This document shows, in pieces, positions 1 through 10,699 of a DNA stretch of 42,255 nt. The notes under the pieces are model-generated. The model ran no database searches and had not been told where the DNA came from. It saw only the letters and a program-made list of their open reading frames with translations. Location of the stretch: contig JBNGIO010006081.1 in NCBI GenBank assembly GCA_049999805.1, forward strand, positions 1-42,255, given 5' to 3'. Both the position numbers and the translations under genes were made by a program. The number at the start of each line of letters is the position of its first letter. The stretch's first letter is position 1. This DNA is from Folioceros fuciformis (Eukaryota).

Positions 1-926
1 TGGGATCTGGAGGAGGCGAGAGTGGACGAACTGCTGGACAGCCAGAGGGGATCGGCCATCGTCTTGGTTGATCGCGACATCCGGGTTCCCGAGTTCGAGT
101 TTGACTTGAACAGGGAGGAGGATCGTAGCATCTCCCGATCTGCGGAACGGGCCGATCCTCATCTCCGCGAGTACTTGGCTAACGGAGAATTCGTGTTCAA
201 CGTTCGCGAAGGAGCTGCTGATGTGCGCGTCCGGGATGCCGGTTTCTACAACAGCGTCAACAGGTTCAAGCTGCCCATCCTAAGGGCTGTGGATTTGGGG
301 CTCACTTATGGTCGTCTGGAGAATGTGCGTGACGTGACGTTCATTCTCACCTTGGTCTCATTTGCAAGTAGCATGGTTTTGTAATGATTGACAGACGCGG
401 GTGCGGGTTGTGGCATGGTGCAGAATGCGATTTTGGCTCCGCAGTGGTCGGTCACGGGACATGAAGTGGTGCACATCTTGAGAGGTAGCGGCGATCTGCA
501 GGTGGTGGGACACAATGGAGAGCGGCTGGTGGACAGGGAAGTGCGGGAAGGTGAAGCGTATGTGATTCCCCGTTTCCATGCCCATGGCGTTCAGGCTGGC
601 GACCAAGGCCTCGAATGGATCAGCTTCCACACCACCGACCAGTGAGTGTCGAACCTTGAACCTGTTTCTTGTTCCACTTTATGTGTCACCATCTTGTTAA
701 TCCCCTTTACTGGGCGGATGGCATTCGCAGGCCCCTCGTGGAAGCTCTTGCGGGTAGCACCTCCGTCCTGAGGAGGCTTCCGGAGGAAGTGGCAGCAGCA
801 GCCTTCAACATCGATGTTGATCAGGTGCGTGAGGCAAGAGAGGGTCAACGGGCGGGTGAGGCCCTTCTACTCCCAGCTGCCAGGAGCTCCTACGAGAGGA
901 AACACGCCTTCATGGCCAGCTTCTAA
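1..926 (+). CDS. 11S globulin/legumin-like bicupin storage-type protein, 3' part (5' truncated by window edge); exons <1-324, 424-641, 731-926
   Basis: Spliced translation gives 'KLPILRAVDLGLTYGRLEN|NAILAPQWSVTGHEVVHILRGSGDLQVVGHNG...EGEAYVIPRFHA...GLEWISFHTTD|QPLVEALAGSTSVLRRLPEEVAAAAFNID', typical of the second cupin_1 domain of 11S proteins. GT..AG introns at 325-423 and 642-730. Confidence 0.8.
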
Positions 927-1199
927 AAAGCTGCAGGATCCTTCTCTTTAGAGATTTCCAAAGTAAGTGGGAGAGATGTTGTACATGCTAGAAACGAGGG
1001 GAGAGAATTTTGTTGTACATGCCAGAAACGAGGGAATCTTCCTTCAGCTAAGACTTTGTTAGGCTTTCCCTCTGCATTAAGCTGAATAAAGTTTGCGTTC
1101 AGTCCTCTGAAATTTCTGAAAGTGTTTACATCCGATAAGAAATTGAAAATAAATGGCCTCCGAGAGGAGATTGGTATTCCACAAGGAGAGCCTTTTCAC

Positions 1200-1360
1200 C
1201 AACCCAATGCTCGGCACATGTACCCATCTTGTCAGACTGGCTGCTTCCGACATATACTCGGTGAAATTGATTGAGAACATCAGCATGGACCTGGTACCTT
1301 GCCACAAATGCATAATTGACTCGGAATTCTGCATCTGTATGTAGTGCCGTGGACATTCGT
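1200..1360 (-). pseudogene. Degenerate PPR (PLS-type) fragment
   Basis: Minus-strand frames give 'YIQMQNS', 'YAFVA', 'QVHADVL' and 'VYVGSS', which parallel 'YRQMRRS..HVFVA..QVHADVL..LYVSSS' of the neighbouring PPR gene. Frameshifted and deleted. Confidence 0.4.
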
Positions 1361-1406
1361 GATGCTCATTTAGTGCTGCAGGCATGTGCAATGCTCAGCG
1401 CAAGCC

Positions 1407-4400
1407 ATGGCTGCCTGGAGGTCAACTGGTGCTCTAGGAAAAGCTACTGCACGCTTGAGGAATCGACCATTGGCACGCATCACAACCGCTTGGCGGACTA
1501 ACAGGCAAGACAAGTATGGCCTCCGGTGTCCTGACTTCCGTCAAGGGAAGTCTCAGGAGGTTTGGCCGGACAAACTGTGCAAGCCAGCTCGGGTGGTTGC
1601 ACAGCCTGCGGTTGTGGAGGTGGACACGGCCCATGGTGCATACAACTTCATGTTGAAGTTGAGGGATGATTCTCGCCCCCCCAGGCCAGCAAGATACGAT
1701 ACGAGAGTAATGGGTGATACTGTGAGCAGGCTTCTTGAGCAGGGGCATCTCAGGGATGCTGTTGAGGCTTTGGGATGTCTGGTGGAGACAGACCGTTCTG
1801 TTCCCAAATCACTCTTCTACAATGTGTTGAAGAGATGTGCAATTGAGAAGGACCTCGTTCTGGGTCGACGGGTGCATGCTTTCGCGGTGGACAAGGGATA
1901 CCAGTCGGACACAATCCTCTGCAACCACATGCTGCGAATGTATGCTGCTCACGGGAGGTTGCAAGACGCGATGAACGTGTTTGTACTTGTTGCCAAACCA
2001 GATGCCTACACTTGGTCTGCCATAATCTCTGCTCATGTTAAACACGGACAAGACAAGCAAGCTATACAACTGTATCGCCAGATGCGCAGGTCAGGGGTGA
2101 AGCCCGATGGGCACGTGTTTGTGGCAGCTCTTCAGGCTTCGGCAAGAGGAGGAGACTTGAAAGCTGGAAAGCAGGTGCATGCTGATGTGTTGGCCACTGG
2201 GGTTGAGCCCCATTTATATGTCTCTAGTTCTTTGGTGGACATGTATGCAAAGTGTGGCAACTTGGAAGACGCCCAAAGAGTTTTCGACGGACTTGGAAGA
2301 AAAGATGCGGTGACTTGGAATGCCATGATAGCAGGGTATTCCCAGAAGGGCATGGGCCAAGAAGCCCTTCGTCTCTACAGTGCCATGGAAGAAGAGGGCA
2401 CTGCTGTGCCTACTTCTGTCACGTTCGTGAGCCTCCTGCAGGCATGTGCAAATCTGGGCACCCAGGCGTTGGAGGTTGGGAGGCAGCTTCATGCACAAAT
2501 CAGAGCACGAGGACATCAGTCTGCTGTGAATGTAGCCAACAGTCTGGTAAACATGTATGCGAAGTGTGGCAGCTTGGATGAAGCACAGAGAGTTTTTGAT
2601 GGACTTTGCCAAAAAGATGTGGTGACATGGACTGCCATGATTGCAGGGTACTCCCAGCAGGGCATGGGCCATGAAGCTCTTCGCCTTTACACTGCCATGC
2701 AACGAGATGGCATTTCCATACCCAACACTGTGACGTTTGTGTGCCTCCTGCAGGCATGTGCAACTGTTGGGACACCAGCGTTTGAGATGGGTAAGCAGCT
2801 TCATTTGCAAATTAGAGAACGGGGACACCAAGCCGATGTGTCCGTAGCTAACGGTTTGGTAAACATGTATTCGAAGTGTGGCAGCTTGGAAGACGCTCGC
2901 AGAGTGTTCGACGGACTTGCTGAAAAGGATGTGGTGACGTGGAATTCCATGATAGCAGGGTATTCCCAGCACGGCACGGGTCAAGAGGCCCTTTATCTGT
3001 ACAGTGCTATGCAAGAAGAAGGCAAAGCCGTGCCAGATGGTGTGTCATTTGTTTGCCTGCTGCAGGCATGTGCACGTGTGGGAGCCCCAGCTTTGGAGAC
3101 GGGGAAGCAACTACATTTGCAAATTAGAGATGGAGGTCATGACGCTGCAGTGTTTGTCGCCAACAGTTTGGTAAGCATGTATGCAAAGTGCGGCAGCCCG
3201 GAGGACTCTCGCAAAGTTTTCGACGAAATTCAGCAAAAAGATATCGTGACATGGAATGCCATGATAGCAGGCTATGCTCAGCATGGCATGGGTCAGCAGG
3301 CTCTTCGTCTCTACACTGTTATGCGAGAAGAATGCAGTGCTGTACCCGATTCTGTGACAATTGTGCACCTTCTGCAAGCATGTGCAGGTGTAGGCAACCC
3401 AGCTTTGGAGAACGGGAAGCAACTTCATGCTGAAATTAGAGAACGAGGACAGTTAGCGGACATGGCTGTTGCCAACAATTTGTTGAACATGTATGCAAAG
3501 TGTGGCAGCTTGGAAGAAGCTCATATTGTGTTTGACGGGCTTGGTCAGAAAGATGTGTTGACATGGAACACCATGATCGCAGGGTATTCCCAGCAGGGGA
3601 GGGTCCATGAAGCTCTTTGCATGTACAAAGATATGGAAGACGAAGGCCTCATAGTACCCAATTCCATGACTTTTGTTCGCCTCCTGCAGGCATGTGCAAG
3701 TATGGGCCCTCCAGCGTTGGAGAAGGGAAAACAGCTTCATGTGCTAAGCAGAGAGCGAGGACATCAAGCTGATGTGTTTGTAGCCAACAGTTTGGTGAAC
3801 ATGTATGCAAAGTGTGGCAGCTTGGAAGACTCTCGCAACGTTTTTGATGGATTTAGTCAAAGGGATGTGGTTACGTGGAATGCCATGATGGCAGGGTACT
3901 CCCAGCAGGGTCTGGGCCAGGAAGCCCTTCACCTTTACGATGCCATGCAAGCAGAAGGCGTTGCAGTACCAGACTCTGTGACATTCGTTTCCCTGCTGCA
4001 GGCATGTGCCAGTGTGGGCAGGGAAGCTTTGAGGCAAGGAGAGCAGCTTCATGCGCACATCAGAGAGCAAGGACACGAAGATGATGTGTTTGTAGCGAAC
4101 AGTTTAGTAAACATGTATGCAAAGTGTGGCAACTTGGAACGTGCTCGTAGATTGTTTGATGCGCTTGGTCAAAAAGATGTGGTCACATGGACTGCTATGA
4201 TAACAGGGTATTCCCAGCAGGGAATGGGCCAGGAGGCTCTTCGTCTTTCTAGGGTTATGCAAGATGAAAGTGTTGCTGTACCAGACTCTGTGACACTTGT
4301 GTGCCTCCTGCAAGCATGTGCAAATGTTGCAGCTTTGCATCTGGGAAGGCAGCTACATGCACAAATTGTGGATCAAGGGCTTCAAGCTGACCTGTTTGTA

Positions 4401-5093
4401 GCTAGCAGTTTGATAAACATGTATGGAAAGTGTGGGAGCATGATTGATGCACAGAATGTGTTTGATGAATTGCCTGTAAGAGATGTGGTCGCCTGGACGG
4501 CACTGATTGGGGGCTACACCTCTCAAGGAGACTGTGAAGCTGTGTTCGACTTGGTCCAGAAGATGAGACAGGATGGGAAACAGCCAGTAAGCATCACACT
4601 TCTGAGTGTGCTAACAGTATGCAGTCATGCTGGTTTAGTGAATAAGGGGAGAGAGTACTTTGAAGCTATGGGCACAGAATATGGCATTGCTCCTACTGTG
4701 GAGCATTATACATGCATGGTGGATCTTCTGGGCCGTTCAGGCCAACTGGACGAGGCACTTGGTTTGATAAGGACGATGGCCTTTGTGCCTAATGCTACAG
4801 TGTGGCGCACTCTGCTGGGTGCTTGTCAAAAATGGAGCAACGTGGAAGTGGGACGCCGCGCTTTCGACTATTTGGTGAAGCTGGAGAGTAAGGATTCTGC
4901 AGCGTATGTGTTGATGTCCAACATCTACAGAGGTGCTCAAATGTGGGAACAGGCGAAGGGGATGCAGGCAAGAAGGATAAGAATGAGGGCATGGAAGCAG
5001 CCGGGTCAGAGCTGGTGGACAGACGTGGATGGACTGGTGCATACTTTTCTGGTTGGGGAAGCAGGATGTGATAGTCACCAGCGGCTGAAATAG
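1407..5093 (+). CDS. PLS-class pentatricopeptide repeat protein with E1/E2/E+ and a truncated DYW:WW-type C-terminus (organellar RNA-editing factor type); intronless
   Basis: Repeated P-L-S triplets (VVTWNAMIAGY / TFVSLLQACA / VANSLVNMYAKCG), then P2-L2-S2 ('LSVLTVCSHAGLV', 'EHYTCMVDLLGRSG'), E1 'VWRTLLGAC', E2 'AAYVLMSNIY', then 'KQPGQSWWTD...VHTF' and a stop. First in-frame ATG is at 1407; the basic Arg-rich N-terminus looks like a transit peptide. Confidence 0.95.
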   Translation: MAAWRSTGALGKATARLRNRPLARITTAWRTNRQDKYGLRCPDFRQGKSQEVWPDKLCKPARVVAQPAVVEVDTAHGAYNFMLKLRDDSRPPRPARYDTRVMGDTVSRLLEQGHLRDAVEALGCLVETDRSVPKSLFYNVLKRCAIEKDLVLGRRVHAFAVDKGYQSDTILCNHMLRMYAAHGRLQDAMNVFVLVAKPDAYTWSAIISAHVKHGQDKQAIQLYRQMRRSGVKPDGHVFVAALQASARGGDLKAGKQVHADVLATGVEPHLYVSSSLVDMYAKCGNLEDAQRVFDGLGRKDAVTWNAMIAGYSQKGMGQEALRLYSAMEEEGTAVPTSVTFVSLLQACANLGTQALEVGRQLHAQIRARGHQSAVNVANSLVNMYAKCGSLDEAQRVFDGLCQKDVVTWTAMIAGYSQQGMGHEALRLYTAMQRDGISIPNTVTFVCLLQACATVGTPAFEMGKQLHLQIRERGHQADVSVANGLVNMYSKCGSLEDARRVFDGLAEKDVVTWNSMIAGYSQHGTGQEALYLYSAMQEEGKAVPDGVSFVCLLQACARVGAPALETGKQLHLQIRDGGHDAAVFVANSLVSMYAKCGSPEDSRKVFDEIQQKDIVTWNAMIAGYAQHGMGQQALRLYTVMREECSAVPDSVTIVHLLQACAGVGNPALENGKQLHAEIRERGQLADMAVANNLLNMYAKCGSLEEAHIVFDGLGQKDVLTWNTMIAGYSQQGRVHEALCMYKDMEDEGLIVPNSMTFVRLLQACASMGPPALEKGKQLHVLSRERGHQADVFVANSLVNMYAKCGSLEDSRNVFDGFSQRDVVTWNAMMAGYSQQGLGQEALHLYDAMQAEGVAVPDSVTFVSLLQACASVGREALRQGEQLHAHIREQGHEDDVFVANSLVNMYAKCGNLERARRLFDALGQKDVVTWTAMITGYSQQGMGQEALRLSRVMQDESVAVPDSVTLVCLLQACANVAALHLGRQLHAQIVDQGLQADLFVASSLINMYGKCGSMIDAQNVFDELPVRDVVAWTALIGGYTSQGDCEAVFDLVQKMRQDGKQPVSITLLSVLTVCSHAGLVNKGREYFEAMGTEYGIAPTVEHYTCMVDLLGRSGQLDEALGLIRTMAFVPNATVWRTLLGACQKWSNVEVGRRAFDYLVKLESKDSAAYVLMSNIYRGAQMWEQAKGMQARRIRMRAWKQPGQSWWTDVDGLVHTFLVGEAGCDSHQRLK
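2220..4500 (+). repeat. 312-bp tandem PLS-triplet repeat (about 7 units) inside the PPR gene
   Basis: The 'ATGTATGCAAAGTGTGGCAG'-like anchor recurs at 2241, 2553, 2865, 3177, 3489, 3801 and 4113 (period 312 bp), and again at 4419. Confidence 0.9.
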
Positions 5094-5356
5094 TTGTTGC
5101 GAAAATTTCCACGAATCCGCTCTCGCCAGTCGCATGTGATGAAAGGAGAGAAGTGGTGATTTCTCTAGAGCGACACGCTGGTAGATCTGAAAAGCGATCA
5201 GGGCCCCTGCTCGCAATCTAGTTGTTGTGCATGTATGATGACAAGCTACGTGTGATTTCCAGGCAAGCTCACCACAGGGCGCCGGTCAATTGTGCACTGC
5301 AATGCAGTCTGCCTGTCGAAGCAAGGGATGTACCACGGCAGTGCAGGTACTCATCC

Positions 5357-8300
5357 CTAAGCCGCAGACCTAGAATCCTTCTGCTGCTTGTTGAAGATGC
5401 CCCGCCCGAAATACTCCGCTATAACTGAAAACCCGTCATCAGAGTTGCGCACGAGCTGGAAGAACCGATCATGGTCGTTTGCATTCTGTTCCAGACTACG
5501 CTTCATCTCCACTACGGCACGGTGTTGAGGGGCACACACAGGGCATTCTTTCTCGTTGTCACCCAAGCATCTCTGATGGAAAGAGTGGTTGCAAAGGAAG
5601 TGCACCGCTGGCAGATCCAAAAGTGAGGTGCAAGCAGTGCACTTACTCAGCGTGAAGACTTTGGGGGTCGTCCTCAGGTCTGTCAGCTCTTTTCTCATTA
5701 CCTTTGTTTCCTCCTGAAGGCAAAAATGATCAGATAAGTGACGACCGACAGTATACTAAGAAAACAGGATCTGATAGCACTGCTTGACATGCATCACAAA
5801 CACGAAACCTACCTCGTACTTCTCGACCGCAGTTCTGTCTTCCTCTATGAGCCTTGTCTCTTGCTGAAGTTGTTTAGCAATGTAGTCTTTGACAACAGAC
5901 AAGGTGAGATTCTGGTTCTTTGCAAGAGTCTGTATAACAATCAAAGGTGGCAGAAGGCTGTCTCGCTCAATATAAGTCAGCACTTCCTTGACTTCCTTCG
6001 CGCAGTTTTCTCCCTTCTCTCCAAAGTATGCCAAAGCATCAGCCCAAAGACTAGCATCTCCACCCTTACTAGAATCACCAAGTTGTTTGCAGCAGGAAAT
6101 CAAACCTTGATAATCCCCATCTTTCATGTAGCAGGCCATCACCTCCTTGTAGAGCTTCATTCGCTCGTATAAGAACAAAAGTCCGTCCCTAAAGTTGTGC
6201 ATTTGACAAAGCACTACTGCTAGATCAACATCATAATGGGGTTGCTGCTCATGGGGACCCCAACCACTTCTTAGTAACGCCAAAGCTTTATGTCGCCTTT
6301 CAACCATGTCTTCTGCATCATCCTTGCTCTGTGACACCAATCTACTCGGGCTTTTGCTTTTAGAGCCAGTGGGTGTTAGCCCACTTTTCACCAACTTGCC
6401 TTTCCTCAACCCAATTGCAATTGGACTACTCAGTTGGGCATCCTGTTGCTTGGTCATCTGGAGGGAGAGCACAGGAGTACTCAAATCGTCTGACAGATAG
6501 AGCTCCAAAAGGGTGTTGTGAATCTCAGTATGAGCTGCAGAGTCTTTGACTCTGTCAACGTATTGTTCCAAGAACTTCATTAACCACCTTGGTTGATCAC
6601 CATACACATGCACAAAATCCACGGGAGAAGGCAGCACCCCTGTTCTGCTGCCAGCTGCTCCTGCCACACTCAAACCATTGCCACTACTTGTGCAAAGATT
6701 CAGCAATGCAGCCGTAGTCTCCTCTGGTCTGTGACTCACAAGGATCTTACCATACTGTTTCAAAGTTACAGCAGCTTCATACAGTGGGAGACTGGAAATG
6801 TAGCCTAAAGCTTCCTCGTAGTTGCCAAGGTCCTCAAGCAAGATTTTCAGGTATCTCTCATGCTCCCCTGCTTTCTTTGCAACAAACAAAGCATGCTGAT
6901 GATAGCCTGCAGCTCTGCAAACCTTGATAGCAACTTCAACATCAAAATGATGCTCTCCTTCCTTCCCCTCATCACCTTTAATGAACTTATCCAACTTGAC
7001 CACGTCCTTCAGTTTTGTGTAACAATTGAGAAGAAGCGTGGTATGATCTGCAGTAGCTAGACACTTCTCATGGAGATTTTCCAAATAATGGGTCAAATTG
7101 TGGATTCTCTGGGCATCCAGAAACTTCTGAATCACATAAGAAGGTTCCAATTGACCAATAGTTTGAATATACTGTGCCATGGCTTCATCATAGTCCTGCT
7201 TCCCATACAGGTGGTCACCATACTTGCGCATGACTTCTGCTGTTGCTGCGGCATCTGCTTGCTGACTTTGCACGAGATTGATGGCCACCGTGTAGAGGTT
7301 TTTCTTGAACAGCATTTCCAATTTACTTCCCATGTCCTTTTCCCTGATGTAGAGATGCTTGTGATCTTTTGTCAGCACTATTATACTGCCCCATTCACAT
7401 AATACATGAGCAACCTCTCCTATTGAGGCACTGTACGCAATCAGCTTGTTTTTCAGGTCATAAATGTTGAGGGCGTTCGTCTCTGGTTTTCTTGAATCAG
7501 CCGTAACAGCTAGCAAGTAGCCACGAAACCAGGCAATGTATCGCTTCTCCCCTTCAAAAGCCCAGCATGGTCCTCGTCCGTCTACTTCATAGAAGTACAC
7601 TGCCTCAGGCCGTCCCACCACAAGGTCCTGAACGAAGCAAAGCATACCGTTGACCTGACTGGATTTTGATCACAGCACGCAACAGGTCTGCATCTTCTCA
7701 AGAAGCTGGGACGAGAGGTGATAGAGAACTGACCTGGTCATCACTCATAGTCACACACTGACTCTCAGCACCGATCTGATCCAATACATGCTTCACGGGA
7801 GAATGTTTGCTCATGTCAAACATGTTCACCGAGGTTTGCGTGACAGCGAAGAGCTGCAGAACTTGGCCATCAACACGAAATCCCAAGCCTGTAACCGGGC
7901 AGACTGGCCCCGGCTCGACTTGAAGTCTAAGCCGAGAAACTCGCTCCCGCGCAACATCTCCTCGTATGCCATAGATAGATCCTGTCTCCAGTCCTATACA
8001 GATTAGCAAAATTGGTGGTGCTTCCTCAAACACTAGGAAAGACGTGATCTGCAAAATCAGGATCCACAGACTGTCACAAGTGGTGCCAACCAAAGCGACC
8101 GTGTCACAACAAGGCATATCAGAGACAGAACAGCCCGGAGCACGCACAAACAGCCCGTACCTTGGCTTCGGGGAACTTGTTGGTGAAAACACGAAGTGAC
8201 CGCACACAAGCTGGGCCGCTACTACTGGAACCCTCCGGAGAGATCTTGTCCAAATCCCACATTTTCAGACTTACAGCTGACACCTTCGGGGACGGTGTTT

Positions 8301-8651
8301 CATCCTCCCCTACAGAAATGAGCATGTTCCGTTGCTGCACAAACAGAAATTGTTCTCATTCACGAACTCCCTGCTCCACCGCAAAACTACAAACCATGAA
8401 TCCCACTCTAATCAGCATGCCAGCGAGGTCACCTTGAGCTGCTGGATGAAGTGGACGCGGGCAGAATGCGCCTGGAAACTGTAGCTGAGCTTAAGGCCCC
8501 GGTCCAGAACATGAACCATGGCATCTTCCGCTCCAATTGCAATCTGTCCCCTCCCATTTGTGCTGCACACAAGATTTTCCTTCAGCTGCTCCGCCTCTTC
8601 CGCCCCGCTGGCCTTGTCCTCAAAAAACTGGAACTTCCGCCACTGATACAT
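5357..8651 (-). CDS. VPS11: Vacuolar protein sorting 11 (HOPS/CORVET subunit); exons 8651-8433, 8334-8161, 8048-7734, 7627-5813, 5713-5357
   Basis: N-terminus 'MYQWRKFQFFE', clathrin-repeat region 'KYGDHLYGKQDYDEAMAQYI..QKFLDAQRIHNLT', C-terminal RING 'CTACTSLLDLPAVHFLCNHSFHQRCLGDNEKECPVC' and 'DGFSVIAEYFG'. All four introns are GT-AG and phase-compatible. Confidence 0.96.
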
Positions 8652-9179
8652 GCTGCTAGCCTGCCCTGCCACTCTAGATCTGTCCCCTCCTTTCACATTC
8701 CCTGAGGACTCTCTAACACGGCAGATTGGATCGTGCAGAGTAACTACGCTCGGAGCTGCTCACTTAAGTGTAGTCCAGTTTGCCCTTGAATTTTACCTTG
8801 ACTTTCCATGCAAAATCAATAATTTGATTAATAATAATCTTCGAGAAGCCCAGGACTTCCCAAAGCAGTTGAGATGCATGTCTTGTTAAACTACTTACTG
8901 GCAACTGTAACTCGTGATAATTGAAACCTGACGAGGTTGGTATACAGAGGGTATCATCAGCCTGGTACATACTTTTCTTTTAGGTCAAGGTTCACTAACA
9001 AATAAAACTATAGACAAAATATAAACTGCACTTCTCCAACGGTTTTGTTTCATATACTGTTGATACGTATGTATACATGTACATAGGTATTTTGACTTTG
9101 ATATATTCCTTTCTATAGATAAATATTAATTTTAATTATTAAAAAATAACTTTATATACCCTCTGGCAAGGGGAACAAC

Positions 9180-10050
9180 CACAATAGGGAAAAGCCAAGA
9201 AAGGGGGCCTAATCCCCTTGTCCGTCTAGCTTGTAGATATCACATTCAGGTATGAGATATGGCCTACTTTTGGCCTACTTTCTACCCAGGCCGATGAAGC
9301 CACATCCGCCGCACTTGATTTTGTTCGAAAAATTGCGTTTGCCGAAGCCTTTTGTAGTGCAATCGAAACCCATTGCCGGAAAAATGCCACCACGCTGAAT
9401 AGGGAAAAGCCCTACACCCATTCTTATTGACATGATGGGCCTTCACACATGTCTTCAAAAGCTTGGAAAAATCCTTACCCATGGCCCCATGTGTTTCAAT
9501 AGCAAGGGGGATGAACAAGTGACCCTCCTATAGGGCCTATACTTGCAAGTCTTCTTTATTGTGCTTCCTTCTACTGCCCAACCCGGGGGGTTGATAATAA
9601 CATGCTCGTTGATGGTTGTCCGAGTGGGTCTGTGACCACCACATCCGCTATAGAAAACTTAGTCCCTCCTGGTTAAGAAAATGTATGTAACGAGGAAGAC
9701 GGTGTTAGCAAGGTATATGGGTGCTCCTTGTAAGGAAGAAGCCACCCTCCTCTGCTAAAGAAAACATAATGTCCCTCACTGCATTATGGGTGGCGATGTG
9801 CAGCCGCCGATAGGGCAATGCGCTAGGTGGCTCCCGGGGTCGTCGAAGGGGACCTTACAACTACAAGAAGAGAGAAACCAGGCCAGCGGCTGGACCAAGC
9901 CTAAGCGGAACCTCATTGTGATAGAAAAAGAAGTTGGTACGATTTGGAAAGCCTGGATGCATAGACGGGCCACCAGCCAAGAGCCAACCCCTTCCCGAAC
10001 AAGATCAAAGGTGTGCTCAAGCATGCTTGTCAATGGAGGAATCTAGCATA
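9180..10050 (-). mobile_element. Decayed 3' fragment of an RLE-type (CRE-like) non-LTR retrotransposon
   Basis: Across frameshifts the minus strand reads, in order: 'GSWLVA', 'MRFRLGL..CSCKVPFDDPGSHLAHCPIGG' (zinc knuckle), 'IADVVVTDP', 'KKTCKY', 'FIPLAIETHGAMG', 'FFRQWVSIALQKASANAI'. This is the motif order of the CRE-clade C-terminal restriction-like endonuclease region. Confidence 0.7.
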
Positions 10051-10099
10051 AGGACTTACAACTCTTACTTTTCCATGAGATAGCCTGAAACTCCTCAAG

Positions 10100-10327
10100 C
10101 CAACAATGTTCCCTAATTTCTTTAATTTTCAAGTCCCAAACCAATAATATCCCCTAATTCCTTCATTGCCAACGATGTCCCTGATTTCTTACTTTTCAAG
10201 TCCTAAACCAACANNNNNNNNNNCTTACTTTTCAAGTCCTAAACCAACAATGTCCCCTAATTCTTTCACTGCCAACAATATCCCCTAATTCTTTCACTGC
10301 CAACAATGTCCCCTAATTCTTTCACTT
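10100..10327. repeat. Imperfect tandem repeat, core ~28 bp (CAACAATGTCCCCTAATTCTTTCACTGC) with longer variants; spans a 10-N gap (10214-10223)
   Basis: Multiple copies of caacaatgtcccctaattct and tttcaagtcctaaacc are directly visible. Confidence 0.85.
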
Positions 10328-10338
10328 ATCGAAGTCCT

Positions 10339-10390
10339 CGATTTGTTTCCAATAGAGTGTATGGCGATTTGTTTCCAATAGAGTGTATGG
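10339..10390. repeat. Perfect 26-bp tandem duplication
   Basis: CGATTTGTTTCCAATAGAGTGTATGG occurs twice in tandem. Confidence 0.9.
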
Positions 10391-10699
10391 CACGGCCGGT
10401 GTTAGCCACAACTAGACCAGGCATCTTGTCAAGGGTTCCGAGGCACCAAGAGGAATCTTGCGCTTAGAGTGACAAGCTTGGAGAGACAAGTTTGAAGGCA
10501 TTCATGATATCGGTTTTCTTATCTGAAAGTCTCAGAATGTGGCGCTTAGTCTTAAGACACAATCGCTCTGATGACTCCGTGCCGAAGTTCCCACAAGACA
10601 GGTGAGTGGCCGGTCGACGACCAAAGAAGCCCCTTTTGAGTTGCTCGGTCACTCAGTGGTTGAAGCCGGTGCAGCAGTTTGTGCGGGTCTCAAACGAAC

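Noticed and set aside
1128-1190. ACATCCGATAAGAAATTG..GAGGAGATTGGTAT resembles the 5' part of U6 snRNA
   Set aside because: Only a short exact match; the ACAGAGA box is not intact, spacing is wrong, and no USE/TATA or poly-T terminator is seen. Probably chance.
2214-4340. Repeated antisense ORFs (e.g. 2214-3014, 266 aa) opposite the PPR gene
   Set aside because: Shadow frames produced by the repetitive PPR coding strand.
10100-10390. Short repeats with intervening sequence, superficially CRISPR-like
   Set aside because: Units are contiguous or degenerate with no unique spacers, the context is eukaryotic, and there are no cas genes.
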